A stretch of DNA of 64,000 nucleotides. Origin: Vicinamibacteria bacterium (lineage in GTDB: Bacteria > Acidobacteriota > Vicinamibacteria > Marinacidobacterales > Marinacidobacteraceae). The stretch lies in the NCBI GenBank assembly GCA_965199715.1, contig OZ241322.1, positions 448,001 through 512,000 on the forward strand, in the 5' to 3' direction. Under the pieces are notes generated by a model, which worked only from the letters and a program-made list of their open reading frames with translations, had not been told where the DNA came from and made no database searches. Position numbers and translations under genes: made by a program. Positions 50,629 to 60,775 of this stretch are shown in pieces. How positions within the stretch are numbered: position 1 is the first letter of the stretch; every line of letters starts with the position of its first letter.

Positions 50629-50894
50629 GGCCGGTCGAGATCCAGCCGGGGCACGTCCTGCCCGCTTCCGTTGAACGAGTTCGTCGGATGCCGTCGGAGC
50701 AGCCACGTCCGCAACAGGCCGAACCCGAAGCCGAGGACGATGGTCAGGCCGATGGCGGCTCCGACGAAGGCGAACGACTCGAGGATCACGAAGAGGATTC
50801 CCCGAGGCGGCTCGGGATCGGGAAGCGTGAAGTACTCAACCGGAACCGGTTGACCGATCGCGACGGCGAGTAGGCCGAGAATCAGGAAGGGCAT
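50625..50894 (-). CDS. Small membrane protein (89 aa)
   Basis: Signal-like N-terminus plus one TM; GTGA coupling to the DUF393 gene; TAGAAT upstream. Confidence 0.6.
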   Translation of the reverse strand: MPFLILGLLAVAIGQPVPVEYFTLPDPEPPRGILFVILESFAFVGAAIGLTIVLGFGFGLLRTWLLRRHPTNSFNGSGQDVPRLDLDRP

Positions 50895-50914
50895 GGAGGG
50901 CCTGCCGCTGGATT

Positions 50915-51646
50915 CTATCCGGCCCGGCCGGAAGCCACGAGATCGAGCGACCTGCGCATGGAGGATTCGATCCGGGTCACGAGCGGAGCCGTGTCGAAGC
51001 GGAAGGCGCGGGAGACTTCCTCCCGGATCTCGGCGGCGTCCTCGCGTCGCAGCCAGACCGGCGGGTACCCGCCCGACCGCATGAACCACGTCAGCAGGAC
51101 GTGCGCAACCCGGAAGTTCGCGTTCAGGAACGGTGCGATCTCAAGGAACCGTGCGAAGAACAGCGCGGCCCGGGGCGCGGGCACGAGGTCCTGACCGCTC
51201 GGTGCGTCGATCCACTCAAGGAGATCGCCGAGGCGCAAGCCGATCGTCTGCGGCGGCGAGAGCGCCCCGCCGGGGAACTGGGGCTCGATCTGGATCGTGC
51301 GGATGAGCGACGGCGGCGGATCGCCGACGGCGAGCGCGTGAGCGGCGGTGATGAGCTCGGCGTCAAGCTTCCCACCCTCACGGGCGGCCGCTTCCACGCG
51401 GCCCAGCGCGGCGAGGATAGGTACGAACGGTTGGACCGCTGCGCCAGTCCGAGCGCGGGCCCAATCGGCTGGAGCAGGCGGGCTGCCGGTGAGCGCGAGG
51501 CACTTCCCGGCGGCCTCCACCATGAGCGCCCGGCAGCGTTCCTCCCATGCATCGGCCCCGAGCCGATCCCGGACGGCGGCGCAGTGTTCCCGAAGATCCT
51601 GCCCCGGACCGCCCGGACCCGGATGCAGCGGCAGCGGCGACTCCAT
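50915..51646 (-). CDS. Fic/Doc-domain protein with degenerate active-site motif
   Basis: ITAAHAL...IRT...FLEIAPFLNANFRVAHVLL..GGYPPV aligns by eye to Fic HPFxxGNGR. Confidence 0.7.
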   Translation of the reverse strand: MESPLPLHPGPGGPGQDLREHCAAVRDRLGADAWEERCRALMVEAAGKCLALTGSPPAPADWARARTGAAVQPFVPILAALGRVEAAAREGGKLDAELITAAHALAVGDPPPSLIRTIQIEPQFPGGALSPPQTIGLRLGDLLEWIDAPSGQDLVPAPRAALFFARFLEIAPFLNANFRVAHVLLTWFMRSGGYPPVWLRREDAAEIREEVSRAFRFDTAPLVTRIESSMRRSLDLVASGRAG

Positions 51647-51704
51647 TGCCGGAAGTCTAGGGGGGGCAATCTCCAACGACGACGTAGCCGGAGACGCGGG
51701 ACCA

Positions 51705-52010
51705 TCAAGCCTCGGGAAGGGCGGCGAACCGGGCCTCCACCGACTCGGATTCGAGCCCGGCGGCGGCGACGCTGTAGCGACCCGGGCCCGCCTTGGTCAG
51801 AAGCCCCTCGTGGAGGAACCACGCCACGACCGCGAGCGCCTTGTATCTCGGTTCGGGCCTCAGGGCCTTGATGAACGCCTCGGTAGTGGTCACCGCCCCG
51901 GCGCTCCGACGAGCAGTCGCGGCGACATCGAGCACCACGGTTTCTTCTACGCGTTCTTCTACGCGCTGGTAATACTCACCATTCCGCACCGTCGATCCGG
52001 CAGTCTTCAC
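51705..52010 (-). CDS. Hypothetical protein, possibly a 5'-truncated gene remnant (frame open to about 52211)
   Basis: Protein-like C-terminus (YKALAVVAWFLHEGLLTKAGPGRYSV); the upstream open frame lacks a canonical start. Confidence 0.45.
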   Translation of the reverse strand: MKTAGSTVRNGEYYQRVEERVEETVVLDVAATARRSAGAVTTTEAFIKALRPEPRYKALAVVAWFLHEGLLTKAGPGRYSVAAAGLESESVEARFAALPEA

Positions 52011-52328
52011 GAGCCGAGTGTCCTCGCGCGTAAAGCGCGGATACTGCCCAGTAGACGCTAGCGTACCGCGCTGCTTGCTCCTTCTCCGAGGCCTCGTAGC
52101 AGATTCCGTGTCATCGGAAACGCGGGCCGAAGAACCGATGCCTGCTGTCGGACCCAGCCCGGATCCAGCCCGAGTCGCTCGCAGACCCCTAACTGGAACA
52201 TAGAGAATGGCTTACGCTGAACAGGATCCGTATGCACGTGCTTGCCGGCCGCTCGCCGTACGACGAGTTCATCCACTTCCGCAACGCGCCCCGGGTGCTC
52301 TGGGCGGGCGCGGAGTACGATCCTTCCC

Positions 52329-53089
<761 letters not shown>

Positions 53090-53093
<4 letters not shown>

Positions 53094-53722
53094 TCGCTCG
53101 CGGCGACGTGCGCTGGAACGAGGCCGGCCTCGCCCCGGCCGTCATTCAGGACGCGGGCACCGGACGGGTGCTCATGCTGGGCTGGATGAACGCCGAGGCG
53201 CTCGTACGAACCCTAGAGACCGGTCGCGTCCATTTCTGGTCGCGCTCGCGCCGGACGCTCTGGAAGAAGGGCGAGACCTCGGGCAACGAGCTCCGCCTCC
53301 GCTCGCTCGCACTCGATTGCGACCGGGACGCGCTGCTCGTCCGCGCCGATCCCGCTGGCCCCACCTGCCACACCGGAGCGACCTCCTGCTTCTTCCGGGG
53401 CGAAGGGGCAGACGGATTCGGGGAAGTTCTCGGCGAACTCGCCCGCATCGTTGAGGAGCGGGCCAAGGAACGCCCGGAAGGTTCTTATACGGCCCGCCTG
53501 CTGGAAGCCGGGGTTCTTCGGACCGCCCAGAAGGTCGGCGAGGAGGGCGTAGAGACCGCGCTGGCCGGCGCGGCCGACGACGACGGGGCCCTCGTCAGCG
53601 AGGCCGCCGATCTCCTGTACCACCTGCTGGTCCTGCTCCGGGCGCGGGACGTCGCCCCCGAGCAGGTCAGCGAGGAGCTTCGCCGCCGGTTCCCAGCGCC
53701 TTCATCGCCTCCCGCAGCGTGA
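53090..53722 (+). CDS. hisIE: Bifunctional PR-AMP cyclohydrolase / PR-ATP pyrophosphatase
   Basis: [51 protein letters not shown]. Confidence 0.95.
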
Positions 53723-54410
53723 AGCGCCGCTCGTAGAGCGCCCGGCCGAGGATCACGCCGGCGATCGGCGTGCCCCGCGCCTCCTCCCGAATCAGAGCCA
53801 GATGGCCGAGCGTCCCGATCCCGCCCGCAACGATCGTCGGCCTTCCGGTCGCCCGCGCCACGTCGAGCGCTCCCCCGAGATCCGGCCCCGCCATCGTGCC
53901 GTCGCGTTCGACGCCGGTGTGGATGAACGCTCCGGCGGCCACAAACCGCCGGGCGAGAACGCCCGGAGCGCCGCCGTCCCGGACCCAGCCCCGGGTTCGC
54001 ACCCGGCCGTCCCGCACGTCAAGCGCCACCGCCACGGCCTCGGGCGCTTCCCGCATGGCCGCCTCCACAACCTCAGGAGCCTCGATCGCCGCCGTACCGA
54101 ACACCACCCGAGCGGCTCCAAGGTCGCGCCAGCGGCGGAAGTCCTCAAGGCTCCGCACGCCGCCCGCAACCTCCACCGAGAGCTCCGCCGACCGCACGAC
54201 GCTCAGGACGGCGTCCCGGTTCTCCCCGTCCCCGAACGCCCCGTCCAGATCCACGACGTGGAGCCAGCGGGCCCCGTCCCGGGCGAAGGCTTGGGCGAAC
54301 GCAACGGGATCCTCGCCATAGACGGTCTCCCGGTCGCGTTCGCCACGCATCAGCCGCACCACTCGTCCTTGGGCGAGGTCCAGCGCCGGGATGGGCTGGA
54401 TTTCGGTCAT
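53667..54410 (-). CDS. hisA: ProFAR isomerase
   Basis: [40 protein letters not shown]. Confidence 0.93.
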   Translation of the reverse strand: MTEIQPIPALDLAQGRVVRLMRGERDRETVYGEDPVAFAQAFARDGARWLHVVDLDGAFGDGENRDAVLSVVRSAELSVEVAGGVRSLEDFRRWRDLGAARVVFGTAAIEAPEVVEAAMREAPEAVAVALDVRDGRVRTRGWVRDGGAPGVLARRFVAAGAFIHTGVERDGTMAGPDLGGALDVARATGRPTIVAGGIGTLGHLALIREEARGTPIAGVILGRALYERRFTLREAMKALGTGGEAPR

Positions 54411-55015
54411 CGGCTGGCGAGGAAGTTGGCGAGGATGCGCTCGCCGACGCGTCCGCTCTTCTCGGGGTGGAACTGAATCCCGGCGATCCGGCCCCGGGCG
54501 ACCGCCGAGACGAACCGCCCGGCGTACTCGGTCTGGGCGACCCCGTCCCGGTCGTCCTCGAGATCGGCGTAGTAGGTATGCAGGAAGTACACCCACGAAC
54601 CCTCGGGAACTCCGGCGAAGAGCGGGTGCGGGCGCATCGCCTCCAACTGGTTCCAGCCGATGTGCGGGGCCCGCACGCCGGACGGGAACCGGCGCACCCG
54701 CCCCGGAAGGAGAGCAAGCCCCGCAACGTCCGGATCCTCGTCGCTCGCGTCCAAGAGGATCTGGAGCCCGACGCAGATGCCGAGCAGCCGGGCTCCCCGT
54801 TCCAGCGCATCGCGCAGCGGAGCCTCCAGTCCTCGCTCCCGGAGCCCCCGCATCGCCTCGCCGAAGCGCCCGTCACCGGGAAGCACGAGATCGTCGCCGC
54901 TTCGGACTTCCTCGGGATCCCGCGTGAGCGTGACCGGCGCTCCCCGCCGCCGGAACGCCCGGACCACGCTGCCGAGGTTTCCGGCCCCGTGATCGACGAC
55001 GACCACGTTCCCCAT
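54407..55015 (-). CDS. hisH: Imidazole glycerol phosphate synthase glutaminase subunit
   Basis: GAGNLGSV, LPGDG, GICVGLQ, PHIGWN, QFHPEKS. Confidence 0.95.
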   Translation of the reverse strand: MGNVVVVDHGAGNLGSVVRAFRRRGAPVTLTRDPEEVRSGDDLVLPGDGRFGEAMRGLRERGLEAPLRDALERGARLLGICVGLQILLDASDEDPDVAGLALLPGRVRRFPSGVRAPHIGWNQLEAMRPHPLFAGVPEGSWVYFLHTYYADLEDDRDGVAQTEYAGRFVSAVARGRIAGIQFHPEKSGRVGERILANFLASR

Positions 55016-55605
55016 CAGACGCTGAGCGAGCCCTTGGTGGAGAGAACCCGGTCCGAGACGACGCTGCGGGCATCCCGAAAGGCACGGCCGAACGCCTTGA
55101 ACACGGTCTCGGCGATGTGGTGGCTGTTGCGCCCGGTGAGGCCGTCCACGTGCACCGTCATGCGGCTCCGGTCGGTCAGCGCCCGGAAGAAATCCTCGAA
55201 GAGTTCCGTCGGCACCGCGCCCACGCGCTCGGCAGAGAACCGGACCCGCCACGCGAGAAACGGCCGCCCGCAGAGATCCACGACGACCCGGGAAAGCGCC
55301 TCGTCCAGCGGTACGTGCGCGGTTCCGAACCGCTCCACCCCGACGAGGTCCGAGAGCGCCTCGCGCAGGCAGTCGCCGAGCACGAGCCCCACGTCCTCGA
55401 TCGTGTGGTGCGGGTCCACGTGGAGGTCCCCCTTCGCCTCGATCGCAAGGGAGACTCCCGAGTGGCGGGCGAAGGCGTCGAGCATGTGATCAAAGAACCC
55501 GAGCCCAGTGGAAACCGAGATCCGGGGCTCGGGCGGATCAAGGTCCACCCGAGCCTTGACGCTGGTCTCGCGAGTGCTCCGGTCCGCAGCCGCCCGTCGG
55601 CTCAC
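55015..55605 (-). CDS. hisB: Imidazoleglycerol-phosphate dehydratase
   Basis: FFDHML, GDLHVDPHHTIED, PLDEAL, NSHHIAE, STKG. Confidence 0.96.
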   Translation of the reverse strand: MSRRAAADRSTRETSVKARVDLDPPEPRISVSTGLGFFDHMLDAFARHSGVSLAIEAKGDLHVDPHHTIEDVGLVLGDCLREALSDLVGVERFGTAHVPLDEALSRVVVDLCGRPFLAWRVRFSAERVGAVPTELFEDFFRALTDRSRMTVHVDGLTGRNSHHIAETVFKAFGRAFRDARSVVSDRVLSTKGSLSV

Positions 55606-56675
55606 TGGGCGGCGACCTCGCGCAGCGCGTGGAGGAACTCCCGGTTCTCTTCGGGAGTGCCGACGGTCACCCGAATCGCGTTCCGCAGCACGGCGCTGTC
55701 CGGGTAATGGCGGATACCGATGCCAAGCTGCTGAAGCTCCCGGGCGATCTCCGCGCCCGGGCGCGGCGTTTCCGCCAGCACGAAGTTGGTCCGGGAACGC
55801 CTCGGACGCACTCCCGGAATCGCTCCCATCCGGTCGGTCAGCGACTCCCGTTCGGCGGAGATCCGCTCCACGAGCCGCAGGAGCGCCGGCCGATGGTCCA
55901 GCACCGGCATAGCCGCCCGAGCGGTGAAGATGCCGACCGGAAACGGATGCTGGCAGCGGCGGATCATCGCGATCGCCTCGGGGTCGCCGAGCACGTAGCC
56001 GAGCCGCGCTCCCGCGAGCGCGAGCGCCTTCGAGAACGTCCGAAGCAGGAGAACGTTGCCGAACTCGTCCAGAAGCGCCCGGGCGCTGGTCCCGGCGAAC
56101 TCGTGATATGCCTCGTCCACGACCACGAAACCGGGCGTCGCTGCGGCCAGCTCGCGAAGCTCGGCGAGCGGGAACACCGCCCCCGAGGGGTTGTGCGGGC
56201 GATTCACGTAGATGAGCGCCGGCTTCTCGACCCGGGCGCGGCGGGCCAGCGCCTTCAGGGGATAGCCGAGGTCGTGATCAAGTTGGAACGGGCGGGCGTC
56301 GCCGCCGGCAAGCCCGATCGCCCACGGATACATCGAGAACCCGGGCGACGGGTACCAGCCAGCGGACCCCGGGCCGGTGAGCGCAAGCGCCGTCAGCGCG
56401 AGCATCTCGTCGCCGCCGCTGCCGAAGACCACTCCTTCGGGCTTCCAGTCGGCGACCGCCGCGAGTCGCCGCCGCACCGGCGGATAGGACTCGTCGGGAT
56501 ACGGCCGCGGATCGGCGGTCGCGACCGCCGCCGCGATGGCCTCCGGCAGTCCTTCCGGAAGGGGCCAGCGGCTTTCGTTCCAATCGAGCCGGATCCGCCC
56601 CGGCGGACGGCTCGGAATCTCGGGCGAGAGGTCGCGGACGGTGCGACGAATCGCGTCGAATGGGACGGGCTTCAT
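55602..56675 (-). CDS. hisC: Histidinol-phosphate aminotransferase
   Basis: LDWNE, GGDE, PHNPSG, VDEAYHEF, RTFSKA..LAGARLGY. Confidence 0.92.
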   Translation of the reverse strand: MKPVPFDAIRRTVRDLSPEIPSRPPGRIRLDWNESRWPLPEGLPEAIAAAVATADPRPYPDESYPPVRRRLAAVADWKPEGVVFGSGGDEMLALTALALTGPGSAGWYPSPGFSMYPWAIGLAGGDARPFQLDHDLGYPLKALARRARVEKPALIYVNRPHNPSGAVFPLAELRELAAATPGFVVVDEAYHEFAGTSARALLDEFGNVLLLRTFSKALALAGARLGYVLGDPEAIAMIRRCQHPFPVGIFTARAAMPVLDHRPALLRLVERISAERESLTDRMGAIPGVRPRRSRTNFVLAETPRPGAEIARELQQLGIGIRHYPDSAVLRNAIRVTVGTPEENREFLHALREVAAQ

Positions 56676-56697
56676 GAAGCGGCGGGCGAATGCTAAG

Positions 56698-57978
56698 TCA
56701 CTCGTCGTCGAACCGGACCTCAAGCGAGCGGGCGTGCGCCTCGAATCCCTCCATCCGGGCGAACTGCGCGAGTTCGGCGGCGACGCCCAAGAGCGCCGGG
56801 CGGTCGAAGCGGATGAGCGCCTGCCGCTTCCGGAAGTCGGCCACCGACAGCGGCGAGGCGTACCGGGCCGCTCCGCCGGTGGGAAGAACGTGGTTGGGAC
56901 CGACTCCGTAGTCGCCGAGCGCAACCGGGGCATGGGCCCCGAGGAGGACCGCCCCCGCTCCGGGGAAGCGGTCGGCGAGCGCTTCGGGGTCTTCCACCAT
57001 GACCTCAAGGTGCTCGGGGGCGATCTCCTCGGCCACGGCGACTGCCTGTTCCAGATCGCGGACGAGGATCACCGCCCCTCGCGCCCGAAGCGCCTGGGAG
57101 ATCGTCTCGCGGCGGGGATGGGACGGCCCCTGTCGCTCCAGTTCGTCCACGGTTGCGGAAGCCAGCTCCCCGGACGTGGTGATGAGCACCGCGAGCTCCT
57201 CCCCGGAGCCGTGCTCCACCTGCGCCAGCAGGTCGGCGGCCACCCAGCGGGCATTGGCGCTCGCGTCGGCCACGACCACGACCTCGGACGGCCCGGCGAC
57301 CGAGTCGATCCCCACCCGAGCGGACAACTGGCGCTTGGCCTCCGCCACGAAGGCGTTGCCGGGCCCCACGACGAGCCTCACCCGGGGAATCGTCGCGGTT
57401 CCGAGCGCAAACGCGGCGATGGCCTGCGCTCCTCCGACCCGATACACCTCGGTGACTTCGGCCGCGAGGATCGCGGCCGCGAGCGCCGGATGGCGCTCCA
57501 GCGCGCCGGGCGGCGTGGCGAGCGCGATGCGGGGGACTCCGGCCACCCGCGCCGGCGCGACGTTCATCAGGACGGTGGAGGGATAGACCGCGGCTCCACC
57601 GGGGACATAGACCCCGACAGAGGGGATCGCCAGCACCCGCCATTCGAGCTCCGCGCCCAAGCGGAAGGACGGCTCCGACTGGCGCTCGTGAAAGGCGGTG
57701 ATCCGAGCGAGCGCCCGCTCCAGAACCGAACGCTGTGTCACCGGGAGCGGCTTCGCCGCGGCTTGAAGCTCGCTCGACGTGACCCGAAGCGAGTCCACGT
57801 CCACCCGGTCGAACCGCCGGGCGAAGCGGCGGAGCGCGTCATCGCCGTCGCGTTGGACTTCGTCGATGATCGCCCGGGTCGCGCCGGAAACGTCGGCGCT
57901 TTCGCCGGAACGGCCCGATCGGAACGCCTCACGCCACGCCTCCGGGTTCGGATACACCGGGATCCGAAACGCGCTCAC
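56698..57978 (-). CDS. hisD: Histidinol dehydrogenase
   Basis: YVPGG.A.YPSTV, GGAQAIAA, GPGNAFVAEAK, AGPSE, APEHLE, GPNHVLPT. Confidence 0.96.
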   Translation of the reverse strand: MSAFRIPVYPNPEAWREAFRSGRSGESADVSGATRAIIDEVQRDGDDALRRFARRFDRVDVDSLRVTSSELQAAAKPLPVTQRSVLERALARITAFHERQSEPSFRLGAELEWRVLAIPSVGVYVPGGAAVYPSTVLMNVAPARVAGVPRIALATPPGALERHPALAAAILAAEVTEVYRVGGAQAIAAFALGTATIPRVRLVVGPGNAFVAEAKRQLSARVGIDSVAGPSEVVVVADASANARWVAADLLAQVEHGSGEELAVLITTSGELASATVDELERQGPSHPRRETISQALRARGAVILVRDLEQAVAVAEEIAPEHLEVMVEDPEALADRFPGAGAVLLGAHAPVALGDYGVGPNHVLPTGGAARYASPLSVADFRKRQALIRFDRPALLGVAAELAQFARMEGFEAHARSLEVRFDDE

Positions 57979-58598
57979 GAGTCCGCCGCTTCGGCGAGCC
58001 GCCGCAACATGGGGCGGATCCGGTCGCCGCGGAGCCGGAACGCCGCCCGGTTGACGATGACCCGGGCCGAACTCGTAAAGAGCGTCTCGACCTCCACCAG
58101 ACCGTTCGCCCGCAGCGTGCTCCCGGTCTCCACGAGATCCACGATCGCGTCGGCGAGCCCCACGACCGGCGCCAGCTCGATCGAGCCGGAGAGCCGGATC
58201 AACTCGACCGGCACCCCCCGTCGCCCAAAATGGCGCTCCGCTACCCGCGGATACTTGGTGGCGACCCGGAACGATCCCGGGGGAAGCTCGCGCCCTTCCG
58301 GACGCGCCACGACCATCCGGCAACGCCCGAAACCGAGGTCCAGCGGCTCATACAGCGGCAGCGGTTGCTCCTCCAGCACGTCGCGCCCGGCGATCCCGAG
58401 GTCGGCCACCCCGTGCTCGACATAGATCGGGAGGTCGCGGTCCTTCGCGAACAGGGCCTCGACGCCGTCCCCCCGGAGTCGCAGCCGCCGCCCGGCTTCC
58501 CGCACCGGCGGCAGCGGGATCCCGGCGCGGGCGAGGCAATCCGCGACCGGCTCGAGGAGGCGTCCGGTCGGAAGGCCGAGGACGAGCGGCTCGCTCAT
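57975..58598 (-). CDS. hisG: ATP phosphoribosyltransferase (short form)
   Basis: LPTGRL, DLPIYVEHGVADLGI, VATKYP, GSIELAP..GLADAIVDLVETG; 207 aa. Confidence 0.95.
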   Translation of the reverse strand: MSEPLVLGLPTGRLLEPVADCLARAGIPLPPVREAGRRLRLRGDGVEALFAKDRDLPIYVEHGVADLGIAGRDVLEEQPLPLYEPLDLGFGRCRMVVARPEGRELPPGSFRVATKYPRVAERHFGRRGVPVELIRLSGSIELAPVVGLADAIVDLVETGSTLRANGLVEVETLFTSSARVIVNRAAFRLRGDRIRPMLRRLAEAADS

Positions 58599-59665
58599 CG
58601 ATCGGGCTCCATCCGAACCGACCCGCCGCGGCCCCGGGCGGTGCGGGCGGCGCGAAACGCCTCGGCGAGCCGCTCGGGGTGCGCGGGCACGGGCTGCGAC
58701 GGCTCTTTCAGGGGATCGGGAATGAGATCCGCGAGCGCGCCCACCGAGAGCGAGAAGCCGACCGCAGGACGCGGCGCGCCGAAGCGGGCGAGCAGGTCGT
58801 CGTAGCGGCCGCCGCCGCCAAGCTCGCGTCCCGCACCCGGGGCGTGGACCTCAAGGATCATCCCGGTGTAGTAGTCGAACCCGCGCAGCTCGGCGAAGTC
58901 GAAGCGGAAGCGGTCGATCAGCCCGAGCCGGGTCAGGACGTCCGCGATGTCCGCCATCCGGTCCACGGCTTCCACGGCCCGCCGCGGCAGCCCCGGCCGC
59001 CGGGCGGCTTCAAGCGCCTCTACCCCGCCGAGGCAATCGAGCGCGCCCAGCAACGGAGCGGCGGTCTCCCCGAGCCCGGCGCGGATGCGCGAGCGATCCT
59101 TCTTCCAGAGGCCGCGCAGCGCCTCCTCGCGGGAGGAGGACGGACGCCTCGCGAGCGCCTCGTCCAGAAGGCCGAGCGGGTACCCCGCATGGCCGAGCGT
59201 GAACCGGGCGTCACGTATCCCGAGCCGGTCCAGCACCTCAAGCGCGACGATCAGGATCTCAAGGTCCGCCGCGAGTCCCCCCGCGTAATGCTCCACGCCG
59301 ACTTCGGAGAGCGCCGCCGGGCCGAGGCTCCGCTCAGGGCGACGCATGACCTCGCCCCGGTAAGAGAGCCGCCGGGTCTCCGGGGGCAGCCGGGTCGCCG
59401 CCGCCCGCGCCGCGAGCGCGGTGCAGTCGGTTCGGAGCGAGAGCAGCGCCCCGCCCTCGGTGAACCGGTAACTGGCCCGCTCGGACCACCGCCCCCCGCC
59501 CCGGGCGAACGCCTCGGCGTAGTCGAAGACCGGGAGCAGGATCTCCTCGTAGCCCCACCCGGCGAGCACGCTCGCCGCTACCGCCTCCACCCGCCGCCGA
59601 CGACGCGCCTCGTCCCCCACGAAGCACACCGCGCCGGGAAGCGTCCGCAGCAGCGAGTCCGACAT
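58595..59665 (-). CDS. hisZ: ATP phosphoribosyltransferase regulatory subunit
   Basis: WGYEEI..P, LRTDCT, YYTG, GGGRYDDL..FG..RPAVGFS; adjacent to short hisG. Confidence 0.9.
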   Translation of the reverse strand: MSDSLLRTLPGAVCFVGDEARRRRRVEAVAASVLAGWGYEEILLPVFDYAEAFARGGGRWSERASYRFTEGGALLSLRTDCTALAARAAATRLPPETRRLSYRGEVMRRPERSLGPAALSEVGVEHYAGGLAADLEILIVALEVLDRLGIRDARFTLGHAGYPLGLLDEALARRPSSSREEALRGLWKKDRSRIRAGLGETAAPLLGALDCLGGVEALEAARRPGLPRRAVEAVDRMADIADVLTRLGLIDRFRFDFAELRGFDYYTGMILEVHAPGAGRELGGGGRYDDLLARFGAPRPAVGFSLSVGALADLIPDPLKEPSQPVPAHPERLAEAFRAARTARGRGGSVRMEPDR

Positions 59666-60702
59666 CACACCCCAACGTAGCGGGCGACGAGCGAGCGCGC
59701 CGCCGCCGGGTCGCTGGTTCCGTGGACGATCGCGCGTCCGTCGGGAAACACCACGAGCCGCCGGCCCTCGGCCTCGAAGGACAGGACCAGCGGGCTGGAC
59801 CGGATGGACTCCCGCACCGCGTCCAGCCGGCCGAGCCGCTCCCCGAGCGAGCGCAGCAGGTCCGGCTCCGCGCCGGTCCCCGAGGGCCGGACCTGAACCG
59901 CGTTCCGCCCGCACAGCGTCGCCGGCGACGATTCGGCGCGGCCGTCGAGAAACGGGAACTCGCGCTTGGAGCACGCCGGACAGTCGGGATCGGGGCCGCC
60001 GATCTCCATGCGGTAGGCGTCCCGCTCCCAGACGTCGAGATGCCAGATCCCGGTCGAGAGCGCCTCCATGCGCCCGGCGAGCGCCTTGAGCGCGTCGGCG
60101 ACCGCCCAGGCGGCGACGGCGTGCACCACGGGCGCGATCACGCCGGCGGTGTCGCAGGTCGGCGACGAGCCCGGCGGGGGAACGTCGGGAACGACGCACC
60201 GCAGGCAGCCGGTCCGGCCGGGCACGATGGTGCAGGTCATCCCGTAGCTGCCGACGCAGGCCGCGTAGATCCACGGAATCCCGAAGCGGACCGCGGCGTC
60301 GTTGATGAGGTAGCGCGTCCCGAAGTTATCGGTGGCGTCGAGGATCACGTCCGCGCCCTCGACCGCCGACGCGACGTTGCCCGCGTGGAGGTCCGCCGCG
60401 AGCGGCTCCAGCGCGATCTCCCGGTTCACTTCCTCGAGCCGCCGCCGGGCGCCTTCGGCCTTCGGCACTCCCTCGGCGGCGTCGCGCTCCCCGTAGAGGC
60501 ACTGGCGCTGCAGGTTGGAGAGCTCCACGGTGTCCCGGTCCACGAAGCGCACCCGCCCGACCCCGCCGCGCGCCAGCATGTCCAGCGCGACCGTGCCGAG
60601 CGCCCCGGCCCCCACCACGAGCGCGGTCGCCCGCCCGAGCCGCTCCTGGCCGTCGGCGCCGATACCCTCGAAAAGAACCTGGCGGGAATAGCGGTCGGAC
60701 AC
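59665..60702 (-). CDS. ThiF/MoeB-family adenylyltransferase
   Basis: RYSRQ, GAGALG, DRDTVELSNLQRQ, ATDN, CLRC, TCDTAGV, CPAC, LCGRNAVQ...FPDGR. Confidence 0.9.
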   Translation of the reverse strand: MSDRYSRQVLFEGIGADGQERLGRATALVVGAGALGTVALDMLARGGVGRVRFVDRDTVELSNLQRQCLYGERDAAEGVPKAEGARRRLEEVNREIALEPLAADLHAGNVASAVEGADVILDATDNFGTRYLINDAAVRFGIPWIYAACVGSYGMTCTIVPGRTGCLRCVVPDVPPPGSSPTCDTAGVIAPVVHAVAAWAVADALKALAGRMEALSTGIWHLDVWERDAYRMEIGGPDPDCPACSKREFPFLDGRAESSPATLCGRNAVQVRPSGTGAEPDLLRSLGERLGRLDAVRESIRSSPLVLSFEAEGRRLVVFPDGRAIVHGTSDPAAARSLVARYVGV

Positions 60703-60775
60703 GCGGAAGGGATCCCCCGCGGGGCTCGGGCCGCGGGGCCGGTATTCTGACCGAAGCCTTAGACTTCGGGACCCG

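Noticed and set aside
50236-52300. Mobile element or prophage remnant
   Set aside because: No integrase, transposase, terminal repeats or tRNA attachment site seen.
60703-60775. Histidine attenuator leader
   Set aside because: No His-codon-rich leader peptide or terminator in this short divergent intergenic region.
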